DNA of 64,000 nucleotides, taken from contig CM120646.1 in the NCBI GenBank assembly GCA_051362555.1, forward strand, positions 14,818,001 through 14,882,000. Reading direction: 5' to 3'. This document shows, piece after piece, positions 1 through 15,371 of this stretch (positions are counted from its first letter, which is position 1; each line of letters starts with the position of its first letter). Origin of the DNA: Lingula anatina (Eukaryota; Animalia; Brachiopoda). The translations under genes and the position numbers were made by a program. The notes under the pieces are model-generated. The model saw only the letters and a program-made list of their open reading frames with translations, did not search any database and was not told where the DNA came from.

Positions 1-915
1 ACTTTGCAAATTTTTGTTCCGTTTAATCTCCAAAACTGGCAGAGATAGGTCCATAGTTACAATTGAACTTGAATAGGAAGTCATTAGAGGCAATTTACTC
101 TGACCTTGACGTTGACCTTTGACCTACTTTTTATCATGAACTGAACTTTGCAAATTTTTGTTCCCTTTTATCTCCAAAACTGGCAAAGATTCGCCCATAG
201 TTACTATTGAATTAGATTAGAAAGTCATTAGAGACATTTTATTGTGACCTTAAAATTGACCTTTGACCTACTTTTCACCATGTACTGAACTTTGCAAATT
301 TTCATTCCCTTTTATCTCCAAAACTGGCAGAGATAGGTCCATAGTTACTATTGAACTTGAATAGGAAGTCATATACTGGCAATCTAAGTGTGACCTTGAA
401 ATTGACCTTTGACCTACTTTTCATCATGAATTGAACTTTGCAGATTTTCTTTCCCTTTTATCTCCAAAACTGGCTGTGATAGATCCATAGTTACTATTGA
501 ACTTAAATAGGAAGTCATATACTGGCAATTTACTGTGACCTTTAAATTGACCTTTGACCTTCCTTTTACTATGAACTGAACTTTGCAAATTTTCGTTCAC
601 CTTTATCTCCAAAACTGACAGAGATAGGTCCATACTTACTATTGAACTTGAATAGGAAGTAATACACTAGCAATCTGTGACCTTGAAATTGACCTTTGAC
701 CTACTTTTTATGATGAACTGCTTTTTGCATGTTTTCTGGCCTTTGAATCTGCAAAATTGGCAAAGAAATGCCCATGGTTGCTATTGAACTTGAATAGAAA
801 TTCATATACTATGATATTGAAATTGACCTTTGACCTACTTTTTCACCATGAACTGAGCTTTGCATATTTTCTTGCCTCTCGTATCTTTAAAACTAGCAGA
901 GATGTGCCCATTGTT
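1..915. repeat. Tandem array of ~143-146 bp units (about 6 copies; begins before the window), intronic in AGAP
   Basis: The motif actttgcaaa recurs at 1, 145, 289, 435 and 580, with degraded copies near 721 and 858. Each unit carries ccatagttactattgaacttgaataggaagtca and tgacctt...ttgacctttgacct. Confidence 0.95.
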
Positions 916-1204
916 TCCCCAAGGTTTTCTCTTTTGTCAGCATATATGCACCATTGACAACACATTTCAAGGAAAACCAATAGGCCTTTTGTCTAGAGAA
1001 TACAGTAGTGATCAAGGGTAGGAAAATGCAAGTCAATTCGAAAATCTGCTTGATTGTACCATTTTTAGTTATATTTTTTTGCATATTTTGAGAACTCTTG
1101 TTGATTGCATCTTATAGAGCTTCTCAAACACAAGACTGGTGATGGTGTCCCTTTTAGGAGGGGGGGGGTCCATACGAATGCGCTTACTCCAGCTGGTGGT
1201 ACAA

Positions 1205-1240
1205 TATCCGGAGGCGGTATCGCCTCTCTGATCCTCTAGT
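1205..1240 (+). mobile_element. Helitron-like 3' terminus (hairpin plus CTAG)
   Basis: GC hairpin gaggcg-gtat-cgcctc at 1211-1226, followed 9 nt later by CTAG (1236-1239) and a T. Confidence 0.55.
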
Positions 1241-1542
1241 TTAAGTCTGTGATTTCTTTGTTTGGTAATGTATAAAAGTAATTGTGCTGTGATTTGACAC
1301 ACTGCACTTTAAAGGAGTTCTTTGACATCCTCTCTCTAGTTATTTTGGTAACATCTTAAAGTTTGTTTCTTATTTTTTGAGACAGATAATGATTGGCTCA
1401 TAAATGACTTTTACAGAACTGCCTATGATTATATTTGAATTGTTATGATTATAGAAATTGAAGAATATTAAATGGGCTCTAATCCAGTTGAGATACTTGA
1501 TTTCTGATTTTTTAAAACCATTTTTATTGTCCAATATTTCAG

Positions 1543-5100
<3,558 letters not shown>

Positions 5101-8100
5101 CATGTTATGCAAAGTAACCAGGCACCATGAGCACAATCAAAAGTAAGACCTCCTTTAAGTCTCCCTCTCCACGGACATTTTGTTTGGGACGTCTCCTTAT
5201 TTCAGCGTGGTTTGGTTTGGTTTGGTTCCTTAGTAGGTAGGAGTGTGCTGTGAGCCTATTCACTAGTCTGTAAACCCCCCCCCCCCCCCCCCCTTTTTTT
5301 TTTTTTTTGTTTTATTTCGGGAAATTTCGTTATAGAGTCTGGCACATTTTGTCTGAAATTTTAACCCAATGGACTGTTCTATATATTTCATATTTATGTG
5401 ATATTACATTTTATCCTAATTTCAGTAACAGATTGTATGTTAAATTTAAACTTGAATTCCTATGTAAAGATAATTAGAATGTTTAATCTGATGACGTTAT
5501 TATGGTAATAGCAGTGATGTCTGGAATAAGCTCAAAAGTTGTATCGGCATATAAATGTACTGATTTCATTCCCCACTTGTGAAGAAAAGAAAAATCCGCC
5601 TTTAAGATTCTAATTCTGATTTTAAGATTGAATATCAAATAATAAAATTTTCAATTTGAGAATCACACGTTGATTCCAAAAAAAGCATAATTTTATTCTT
5701 GATACATCAATTGCAGTATTAAGATAAAGGATACATTTATGCAAAGCCTTTTGAATTTAATTCATAATAGCATGATATATGCTGGTGTGCCATGAAGGTC
5801 TGTTTGGGTGTTTGTGAAGTTCTAATTTATCAACTAACACAGTGGGTTCCACAATTAACATTCATTAGGGCCTAAGTAGTTCATATTTTTAGTTGCTTTC
5901 TTATTTACCAGCTACTCATGTCCAAGGATTTTCTTGAAAAGGGTTGAGCATGTTATTAAGAATATAAAGTATACTAATTTTATGCAATTAAGACGGTTGT
6001 AGAAACAAAAGGTGCAACATTGCCCTTTCCTTAAAGAAATTGCTTCAAAGAATGTTGAAATGTCCTACACATAATAGATATTTTGTCCAGTTACTCTTAC
6101 CATTATTAAATGGACTAATAATTCTTATCTACTTTTAACTGAAGTTAACAAACATTTTGGACTAAAAGTTTAGTCCAATTCTTTGGCTAAAGCTCTTGCA
6201 TATGCGAAGCCCCTCACCCCCAGTTAAATGAAACTTTGACTTAACTTAGTAGAAGTTATAACCGAGTAACTTATTTGTTGACGTGATAAAACATGTACAT
6301 GTACTGCCCAAGTATTCAGTATCATCCTTATAACATGCATAAACTTATATTTTTATAGGTTTTAGACAGTGACCCCAGTATGAAAGGGAGAGGATCAACA
6401 TCCTTGGTGTTTCTAGCAGCAGGCTTCGTCTCATACCCAGAACCATGACAGCTTCCAAGAAGTAGATCTTCACTCAATGCTCTCGCTGCTGCAGAGTCTC
6501 AGAATATAGCCCTTTCTAGTACTTTGCCGTATATATATAGAATTCATACTTCCCACAGCTGATGTTAGAGAACCGTCTATGTAGCAACTGCCTTGTTTTG
6601 GATGTACTGTATCTTAATGGTGTACTACATAAATAAACAGTTGCCTTATATACATTGCAGAATTGCTGCTTAGAGATATGGTAATAGACAAGTCTAAAAA
6701 AATCAATTGTAGGCATTATCATTTGTCTTTGCTGAGTAAGAGCAGAGCACAAGCTGTTATATCTTAGAGTTTTTCTGATATAGTGGGAACCAATAACTTA
6801 TTTGCCCTGATGTGTAATGTGATCTTTTAGATTGAGTCATCTCATTACAATGTTTAATCTGTTCAGAAATAATTCCCATGTTGAAATTGGATGTTTTTCA
6901 ATGTTAAACACTTGCAAGCTTTATTGTTTTCCAAGTGAGTCTCAGACAGTGCTTCCAGTTCTACAATTGCACAAAAAAAAAAAAAAAAAAATAGCCATTG
7001 CCAATTGAATTTTAACTTAAAGGATGAACAGGGCAAGATCTTCAGGAAAGAGATTGACAAAGGAAAAGTTCATTTACAATAAAAACACAGCTTAAGTTCC
7101 TGGGGGGGGGGGGGGGGGGGGGTGTTTGACTTGCACTGCATATTAGAGGGCAAATGAATTCTGTGTTTGGATTTTGTGATGTTCATTTTAGAAAGAAACA
7201 CGCATTCCTACTGCCTGGAGGAACCAAAAATATTGACCAGCCTTTTGACAGGGTCCAGTTGCACCAAGTTTACTCTGCCGACTACTGGCACGGAAAAAAG
7301 TCATTGTAGTAATTACAAGGTGTCCGTTTTAAATTGTATTCAAAGCTATGTTGCTATGGTAATAGTTACCATAGTAATAAGACACTAAGTATTGATTTGA
7401 TTACTTATTCTAAGTAACTGTTATAATGGTTATGGTAGAAATGTTTGTACATTTGCGCACCATTTTGTAAAGTTGCATTGTAAGATAATCACATAATTTA
7501 TTTGACCGTAGTTGATCTACATCCAGAATGTGTATCATTGGGACTTTTTGTCCAGGGTTTCCAGGAAAAAAGTCTTCTTGAAATATTGAACACTAAAGCA
7601 AGCTGTTAGAACTGGCCTTTCTTTCACGATGTTGTTCTTGTAATATAAGAAATGGTCCATTTTTAACCAAGATGCAAAACATCATTGAAAATTTAGACAC
7701 TTGTGTAAATTTACATAACTTGTCTGTTAGTGTAGCCTGTACATTTGTCACAGTTTCTCTGCTTTTGTGTCACATGTAGTGAGGGACATGGGCAATTGTT
7801 TTAGTTCAATTTTTTTTAAATTATTATTGTAAACTTGGTCCATACTGCTGTAAATGTGTTGTTTATGTTGTGTGCTCAGTTGTAGATTGTTAAGTCCATC
7901 TGGCTTCATCTACATTTGAAATGATGATCTACAGTATTTGAAAAGATGTAATTTCTGGGTACTCTGTCTGCTAATGCTAATATTATAGTCACATGGTCCA
8001 GGCTAAAATTTAAACATGTTCCCGTGTCACTGACATTGCAGACATTTTGCTTTTTCAAAGAGGAAATACCAATTTTTTAATACTCTTCATTTCTTACATC

Positions 8101-8215
8101 CCATTGTGGATAAAACTAAGAAGTGGCGGTTTTGTTTGGTTCTTGTATTTGAACCCACTATTTTGCTGAATTTTATGAAAGTGCACTACTTGTGCATGTT
8201 TTTGATCTTTGACCC

Positions 8216-8431
8216 CATTCCCATAGATTTTTAGATCAATCTATCCCCGTGGGGAGTCTCACTAGATTGGTGTCAGCCTGACTGGCTTAAATGTCTGTCC
8301 CGCCTACTAAAAGCTGTAAGGGGGAAATTAACTTTTGTGCACGCTCGGCTCTCGGAACCTGACAGCAATTTAGCGTGAACCCCCAAGGAGTTAAGTCGAT
8401 CCGGATAGATCGATCTAAATCTATGGGAATG
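8216..8431. mobile_element. MITE-like inverted-repeat element (copy 1), in the probable AGAP 3' UTR
   Basis: Termini cattcccatagattt..tagatcaatctatcc and ggatagatcgatctaaatctatgggaatg are inverted repeats. The interior resembles the reverse complement of 34695-34948. Confidence 0.75.
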
Positions 8432-9445
8432 CACTCTTTGACATTTAAAATCCTAATTGGGTCTTATTCTTGTCCATTGTATGCCAAGTCTGTTTTAGAC
8501 ACATTCTATTCCTTGTCATTATAAAGGACCAGAACTTTCTTATTCAGTACCTTCTTCACGGGTGTCCAGTTTCTGCTGGGACATTCTATGCAAGGTCTAC
8601 TGTATAACCTCATTTAAGTATCACCCTTTGTATTAAAATTTGAGGCAATATTTCGAAGCTTCATCATGATACCAGGTGGACCATTTCAGTGGAAGTTATG
8701 AGGCAAATAACATGGGGAAAACAAGTGGTCGACCACAGATTTGCTTCAGGTGATATGATTTCTGCATTTTGTGTCGAGTGTGCTCACGATTAAATAAGGT
8801 GCATTGTACATTTCCATTCATCATTTTATGTATTATAGGTATTTGTAAATATGGTATAGGCCATTAGTTGTATGCTATATATACAGATATAGTATGGCAT
8901 GTGTTAGATTTGCTGTACATGAAGTATCGTATAGCATGTTATTAGAATTTTTTTAATTACTATTAATATTAAGTACATGCCCATTGTACTGTTTTACTCT
9001 GTGTATTTATTACCTGTGCTCATCTCATCATTTTCATGTTTTGTTATAATAAATCGAAGTAAAGCTAAGGCGACCATGTTTCTGTCATCTGTGAAGTTCA
9101 GAACATTTCAGAACTGTCTGATCGATATCTTGCATTTATATAGAAAATTGGGCTCATTTCTGAATTTACCTTGCGATTGTAATTTGAAAATACCTCCGTT
9201 AATATTTTTTTAAATGGAGAAAATTCCAAAGTCTTAATAAGTTATAAAAAAGTCAATGAACTTGTACAATTCCGGTTTATTGTACTATTCATATTTCCCT
9301 ATGAATATAAAAAATGTACAATGAACAAGACTCTCCATTGTACTATTCACATTTCCACATGAATAAAAAAAATTTACAATTAAATCTCTCTATTGGCATA
9401 TGTACATAAGCAGTCTCTCTCTCTCTCTCTCTGCGTACATAAATA

Positions 9446-11225
9446 TTATGTCTCACTCTTAACATGAATGTCATCAGTTTCTACAGTTCCACTAAATATT
9501 TCATCAGTAGTAGGTAACTTGGTTATCTTGGGTCCCACACGGGTCCAGATAAAGCCCAAGTCTGGCTTAGTAGGTAGGGTGGGGTAAGGGGCCACCTTTG
9601 CACGAAAATAGTCCGAGGGAGCATGACATATAAAGTCCATACAGTCCAGGACTCTTGGGAGATCCTCCTCGGGACCTGAAATAACAACAACAAATTAATG
9701 AAAATATATTTAAGTCTAAAATTTAACGTCCAGCAGACTTCACATGAAAAGAGAAGTTATTTTAAATGTAATTGTTAAGATATCTAAAAAATTTTTTTTT
9801 AAATATTGTGATTTCAGATGAAAACAAGTTCTCGTGAGAGCTCTTTGCCACCTACCTAGAATGAAAGTAGCTGGGTCAAATTCATCTTTCTTGCTCTCTG
9901 TGGTAGGTAGCAGCCACGTGATCACAGCACTTTTCTGGGCAAACTGGTCTTGAAGGAAACCACGGATTTGAGCAAAGTAGATTCCCCCTCCATGATCCAT
10001 CAGTGAAACTATGTCCCCAACTTGCCAGTACATACCCTGAATTGAATTTTTATCTATTTATTTATATATTTAATTTTTTGCTCACACTTCCGTTGAATAT
10101 TGATTTTGATAGGGCATTTCCTTCTTCAATGAACAATATTCCAAGAGACTCCTTTAAAAAGTGCAGAGTGAAACACATAGCTATGAAATGAAGACAAGTA
10201 AAAATGAGCATTCACTGTAAAATTGTTATTAATTTGAATGCAAGGTTGCATAGTTCACTGTATTGATATGTTCTAACCTCAGTTACCCATCCGACAGACC
10301 CAGGTCAAACATGGGCCCTTGGGTAGCAACCTGTAAATATTTTGTTTTTGTCTTTTTCTTGTTACAAAACAGTTGTCAAATAACAAATGGTGTGCTTGCA
10401 AAAAAATGCTACTGTTAAAATCAATAACATGTCCTATTATAAAAAATATGTGCTACAGCAAATGTATGCAGAGCTTTTACCTTGAAGAAGATGTAATCAC
10501 TGGTAACAATGGTTGCTACTGATACAGCTGCTTTTATGGGCTGTGAATAGAAAAATGAATAGTATATGTCATACTTTGATGTCCAGTTAATATTACATAT
10601 CAATCAAAAGGTCCTGAAATGCAAATGTTAAGGAATACTTTCTGCCAACTGTATTTCAAAGTTTCAAAGAATCTTCATCCTGCCCTCATGATCTTAAAGC
10701 TAATACGCAGTCTACCCTTTTAAAGAAGCAATAGAACAGAAGAAACCAGAAGAAATTTATGCCACAAGATTTTTTGTTAGAAAAATCTTTAAATAACAAA
10801 ATAAGAGAACATGAGCTGAGAAGTGTTTGCTAAGTACTCACATTTTTCTTAAAAATAACCCTTCTATTTTTTCCCTTTGTCGCCAAAGATTTGGTCGAAT
10901 TTTGAACCCTGTTCTTCGACGGCTTTATTCTAGCACTCTTCCGAACACCTGTGTTATTACTGGTTGAAGTCTTTTCTTCTTTCACCTGTGTTCTGGAAGA
11001 GGTCGACGTTTCACGTTCACGTTCTGTGGAAGTGACCGGCATGTTCCCGTTACCAGCTGTCCCAGAGACCACCGACCCAGGCCCTGCGAGAAGGACCTCT
11101 TTCCCGCCGTTCAAAACCTTCAGTCCACAAGAATTACATAGCACTTCTCCCTGCGAATTCTTCCGCCACATTGTTGAAGTGTTTGTTTTGCATGTAGCAC
11201 ATAGTGGTTTTACCCCAAAAGGCAT
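9446..11225 (-). CDS. GATAD1: GATA zinc finger domain-containing protein 1
   Basis: Exons 11225-10842, 10540-10481, 10036-9856, 9675-9446. N-terminus MPFGVKPLCATCKTNTSTMWRK...LCNSC (GATA-type finger); C-terminal QVGDIVSL...YFAQIRGFLQDQFAQKSAVITWLLP...FDPATFILGPEEDLPR...FICHAPSDYF. Confidence 0.95.
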
Positions 11226-11411
11226 TTTTTCGGTTTAAAAATCTTGATTTTTCCCGAATTCTTTCAACAAGATTTCAGTTTTGTCTCATTATCGATGTGA
11301 AATTGATCGTTACTACGCGTCGATACTAAAGCTTACATCGTGCCAAGAAAATCCTATGTAATGCCGTCCTCGTGCTGCTATTAAATCGACTGCTCATTAG
11401 ATAAAAACGGC

Positions 11412-11412
<1 letters not shown>

Positions 11413-11455
<43 letters not shown>
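11413..11455. repeat. Poly(T) tract (~43 nt) upstream of GATAD1
   Basis: Direct observation; lies in the GATAD1 / WS-DGAT divergent intergenic region. Confidence 0.9.
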
Positions 11456-11456
<1 letters not shown>

Positions 11457-12720
11457 TTAAAATTTGTTTTCCAGCCCCAGTCAACTTACTAGCAATCTTC
11501 TATAAAATTTGATTTAAGTGCATTAACTTCCGCACTTTAAAAAAGAGAGAAATGAAAAAGACATCAAAATTGTCGCTGTACTTAAACTTGCTCACAGTTT
11601 CGTTGAATATTGATTTTGATATGGTATTTCCTTCTTCAATGAACTCTGCAAAAATGCGCGCGTGATAACAGACACGTTAATTCCCATTCACTGTGTTTTA
11701 CAACATCTACACGGCACCTGTTCAGATAGTCCGCCCCAGATAGCCATAGGGCCTATATACGAGGGTTTTCTAACGCAGATACCGTAGGCCATAACATGCA
11801 TGGTGGTTGAGTCGTTAAATTGAGCGTTCGTGCTCACAAATCTGAGGCTTGAGCTGGCAATTGATAGCTAATTCGTTTTTAAAACCTGATCTCGAGGTAC
11901 AGAGGGCACTGCGTATGTGGCTCGTACGTAGGCCTACTGGTAATTTTAAAACTCGCATATACTGATAAAGAACGGAATTTTTTTTAACTTAAAAAGCTTG
12001 TAACTTTTCACAAAGTCCAAGTCACAAAGTCAAGTAAATATTTATTAATTGTTTTAAATTACAAATTTTCGAGATTACGGCTCCAGAATACTAGCCAAAC
12101 TCACTGAATTCAGGGCGCATGCAGTGTGAGTGTGTGTGTATGATAACAAGTGGGGTCAAACTGATAACCTGTAGTATCGGGTGACAAATACCTAGTAGGC
12201 CTAGGCCTATTACATGTGTATATCCACGATATTTCCACTGAACAGGCAACGTGAAAGACAGTTCAGACAGCCAAGGTCGCGGTATGAATAGCCAGACGTT
12301 TCTACATGCACAGACAACCTCGAACGACAATGGATGGGTCAGATCAAGGACGCCCTTGAACTCTGAACTCTGAACAGTAAGACTCCAGAAAAACTGATTC
12401 TTGGGAAGACAGTCTGGACAGTGGGTGATGCTATAAACTCTACTGACATTACAAAGGTCGTTGTTGAATTGTTCAGACAGATGACAGATGACCGTTGCCA
12501 TATTGCAAGGTCACACTCGAAAGAAGTCCAGTTTAGTCCGATCACTTTGCATGAAAGTCAGCGGAAAGTGAGACCAGCCAGTGACATTCTAGACAAACAA
12601 GTTGACACAACTCTGCTGCATTAGCGATAGGAATATCCATTTTGTGTAAACACAGCGGTGACACACTGATAAATGTAGACCCCCTATCAGATAATACTTT
12701 TATAAAACAGGTTCAAGAAG

Positions 12721-15371
12721 ATGCCTGGTGATAAAGACGATGCTTTACATAATGGTGTGGCTGACGACGGGCTTCCTCCATCAATGAAAAATAGGACGAC
12801 GGAAAGCGTTTCCCTAGCAGGGGTCACTTCTACCTCAGAGGAGTTGAAAAAGGTGACTTTTGATAAATCACCACACGTTGAGACTTACACAGATACAATG
12901 GAAGTAAGCGAGATGACCAAAACCAATTTTTATACAGGGCCAACCGACAACGTGGTCTTGAGGACATTTCGCAATGCGCTCACATCAATCTGGGAATTCA
13001 TTACCGCTTTAGCTGCATTCCTCCTGCTACTGGTCCTTTTGCCAGTGCTTCTTCCGCTGTCTCTTAGTTTTCGCATATATAGACGGGTTGACGAACAGAT
13101 TATTAGATACAAAACAAATGGAGAAGCAGCGGTAAGGAATGGAAACATGTTATGTTATGTTATGTTATGTTATGTTATGTCAAAAAGAGCTGAATACAAT
13201 TTGCCCAATTAATGTATTGCTCAGCTATAGTTTTAACATGTGAAAATACAATGTAATATCATTCCAAGACATTTTTCGCTTTACTTTCCAATTTATTAAC
13301 TTTGCATAATCTCAGGTGGAGTTCTAATTTCAGGTGATAAAAGGCGTAGATTCGATATGGTTGCAAGACACACCGAACAACCGTGCCATCATAAATGCCA
13401 TCCTCGCTGCCAAGGGACAGGGTGACGTCATCAAGTGGAGAGAAATCTTGTTGAAAAAGTTTGTCTTAGCAAAGAACGATCAAGGGGAAATCCTCTTTCC
13501 AAAACTGAGGGAGTACCCCACCACATTGCTCCACAGGTACGAGTAAGACCCTCTGAGAGGTTTTGCGTCAGTTTTAAATTGCGTGGTTAGCAACTTAGAT
13601 ATTATATTTTAGTGTAGAGATGGGTTTAATACAAACTGGACGTCTATGATGATTTTCCTCAATAAGCGGTCAACAATTTGGACAGAACATCCGTGTCTGA
13701 AACATCCACTACAGGATAACCTTCAATGTGCGTATGAAGTCCCATGGAAAATTGTCTTTGTGCGCATACACTGCATGGAATATTTTTCAACGTTTTCATG
13801 ACATACAGTCATGGTAAGCTTAAGCAAAGCAGCAAAAGATTTGTAGGGCCCTTAAATATTTTATATGTATTTTACACATCTTTTTTTTTTTAATTTCAGA
13901 TACATATGGATGCCCGAAAAGGATTTTGACATAGCCAACCACGTGTATATGTATGATGGACTTCCCCTCAAAAACAAGAAAGACCTTGAAGAATGTGTTG
14001 GAAAATTAAGTCAGAGAGCATTTAAGAAGAGGCAGGCACAGTGGGAGGTTATTGTCATACCCCCAACGAAGGACGCAGGCGACACTTACTATGCTCTATT
14101 TCGCGCCCACCATTCTATTGCTGACGGCATTTCCTTCGTGAGAGCGTTCCTGCAAAACCTTGTGGACAATCCGCTCAAAGAAGAAGAAACAAAACGGTAC
14201 GCTTCGACTGTGTCTAAAACCTGGTTTACGATCGCGGCCATTTTTTTCGGACCGAAATTAGCGCTCCAGCGACTGGCGGCGGTTGGCGATCACAGTTGTC
14301 TGCACGGGCGGGAAATGTCCGGCGTGAAGCTGGTGACTTGGTCTGATCCCATCAGCCTAGCGTTAGTGAAAAAGATCAAAAATGCCACAAAAACAACAGT
14401 CAACGACGTCCTTATGTCTTGCATGGCGGGCGCTTTCACTGACTACTTTGCTTCTCGCAAAGAAATCCCACCGACACATTTGTTGACTACAATCCCCGTT
14501 GCCTTACAAGCAGCGTCGGAGGAAATCAGTCTCGAAAACCGTTTTTCCCTAGTTTTCCTACGTCTTCCTACCTCCATCTCAGATGACATAGAGCGTCTCC
14601 GAGTTACCAAACAGCGCATGGACGCAATCAAACGCACGCCAGAGCCCCTTGTGAATGAGTTTCTGATACGTTACAGCATGAGCCGTTTACCGGGCAGCCT
14701 CACGCGGCGGCTGTTTGACGGACTTGGAAGGAAATCTTCGATGATTTTATCCAACGTTCCTGGTCCTCAGCATCACATACAGATAGCTGGAAGTGAGGTC
14801 ACCATGATGACATTTTGGCCACCACAAAGAGCTAATGTTGGTGAGTGCCATTCATTCAACCATTCATCCACATATCCATCCATCTGTTTATATCTCTGCG
14901 TGTTATCTTTTCCCTTGGGGGGGTGGAATCAAAATTTTATAAATATGAGACCTTTTATCATCATATCTTATATTTTTGTATAATTTATTTTGTCTTTTTT
15001 TTCATTATTTCGTCTTTATTCTATTTGCGTTTTTTATCAGCTTCAATTCGTTTCATCACTACATGCATGTATTTGTGTTTAGTCCTATTCATTTCAATTT
15101 AGACTAATTTTGGGCCTGTGGATTGGTTTGATTGCAATATATTTTTTCCGGTCACATAAATTAATGTAGTTTATAGGCATTTCGTGTCTAAATTCCCGTT
15201 TTTTTCCACTCTTTTTCTCCTGCAGGCATTGGTATCTCCATCTTTAGTTATGCCGGTGACGTCATAGTTGGCGTGGAAGTGGACCAGGTTATCATGTCGG
15301 AACCACGAGAACTTACGAGATTTTTTAAAAGCCGTCTGCAGTCACTTGCCAGACAAACCAAAGTTGAATAA
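12721..15371 (+). CDS. Wax ester synthase / diacylglycerol O-acyltransferase (WS/DGAT family)
   Basis: Exons 12721-13131, 13334-13536, 13900-14840, 15226-15371. Catalytic HHSIADG (HHxxxDG), TVNDVLM, ILSNVPGP and GISIFSYAGDV motifs; an N-terminal hydrophobic segment (FITALAAFLLLLVLLPVLLPL). The start codon is less certain because an acceptor at 12710 implies an upstream exon. Confidence 0.92.

Noticed and set aside
1-915. CRISPR-like repeat array
   Set aside because: Units are contiguous ~145-bp monomers without unique spacers, there are no cas genes, and the context is a eukaryotic intron.
6360-6510. Possible extra AGAP terminal exon after a tttttatag acceptor
   Set aside because: Only a short frame with no recognisable motif, and AGAP already ends with a plausible conserved C-terminus at 5100.
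12091-12624. Overlapping short ORFs upstream of WS/DGAT
   Set aside because: No recognisable motifs or convincing splice link; may be 5' UTR or intron sequence.
13311-13333. Alternative upstream acceptor for WS/DGAT exon 2
   Set aside because: Using it introduces an in-frame TAA (GTG GAG TTC TAA).
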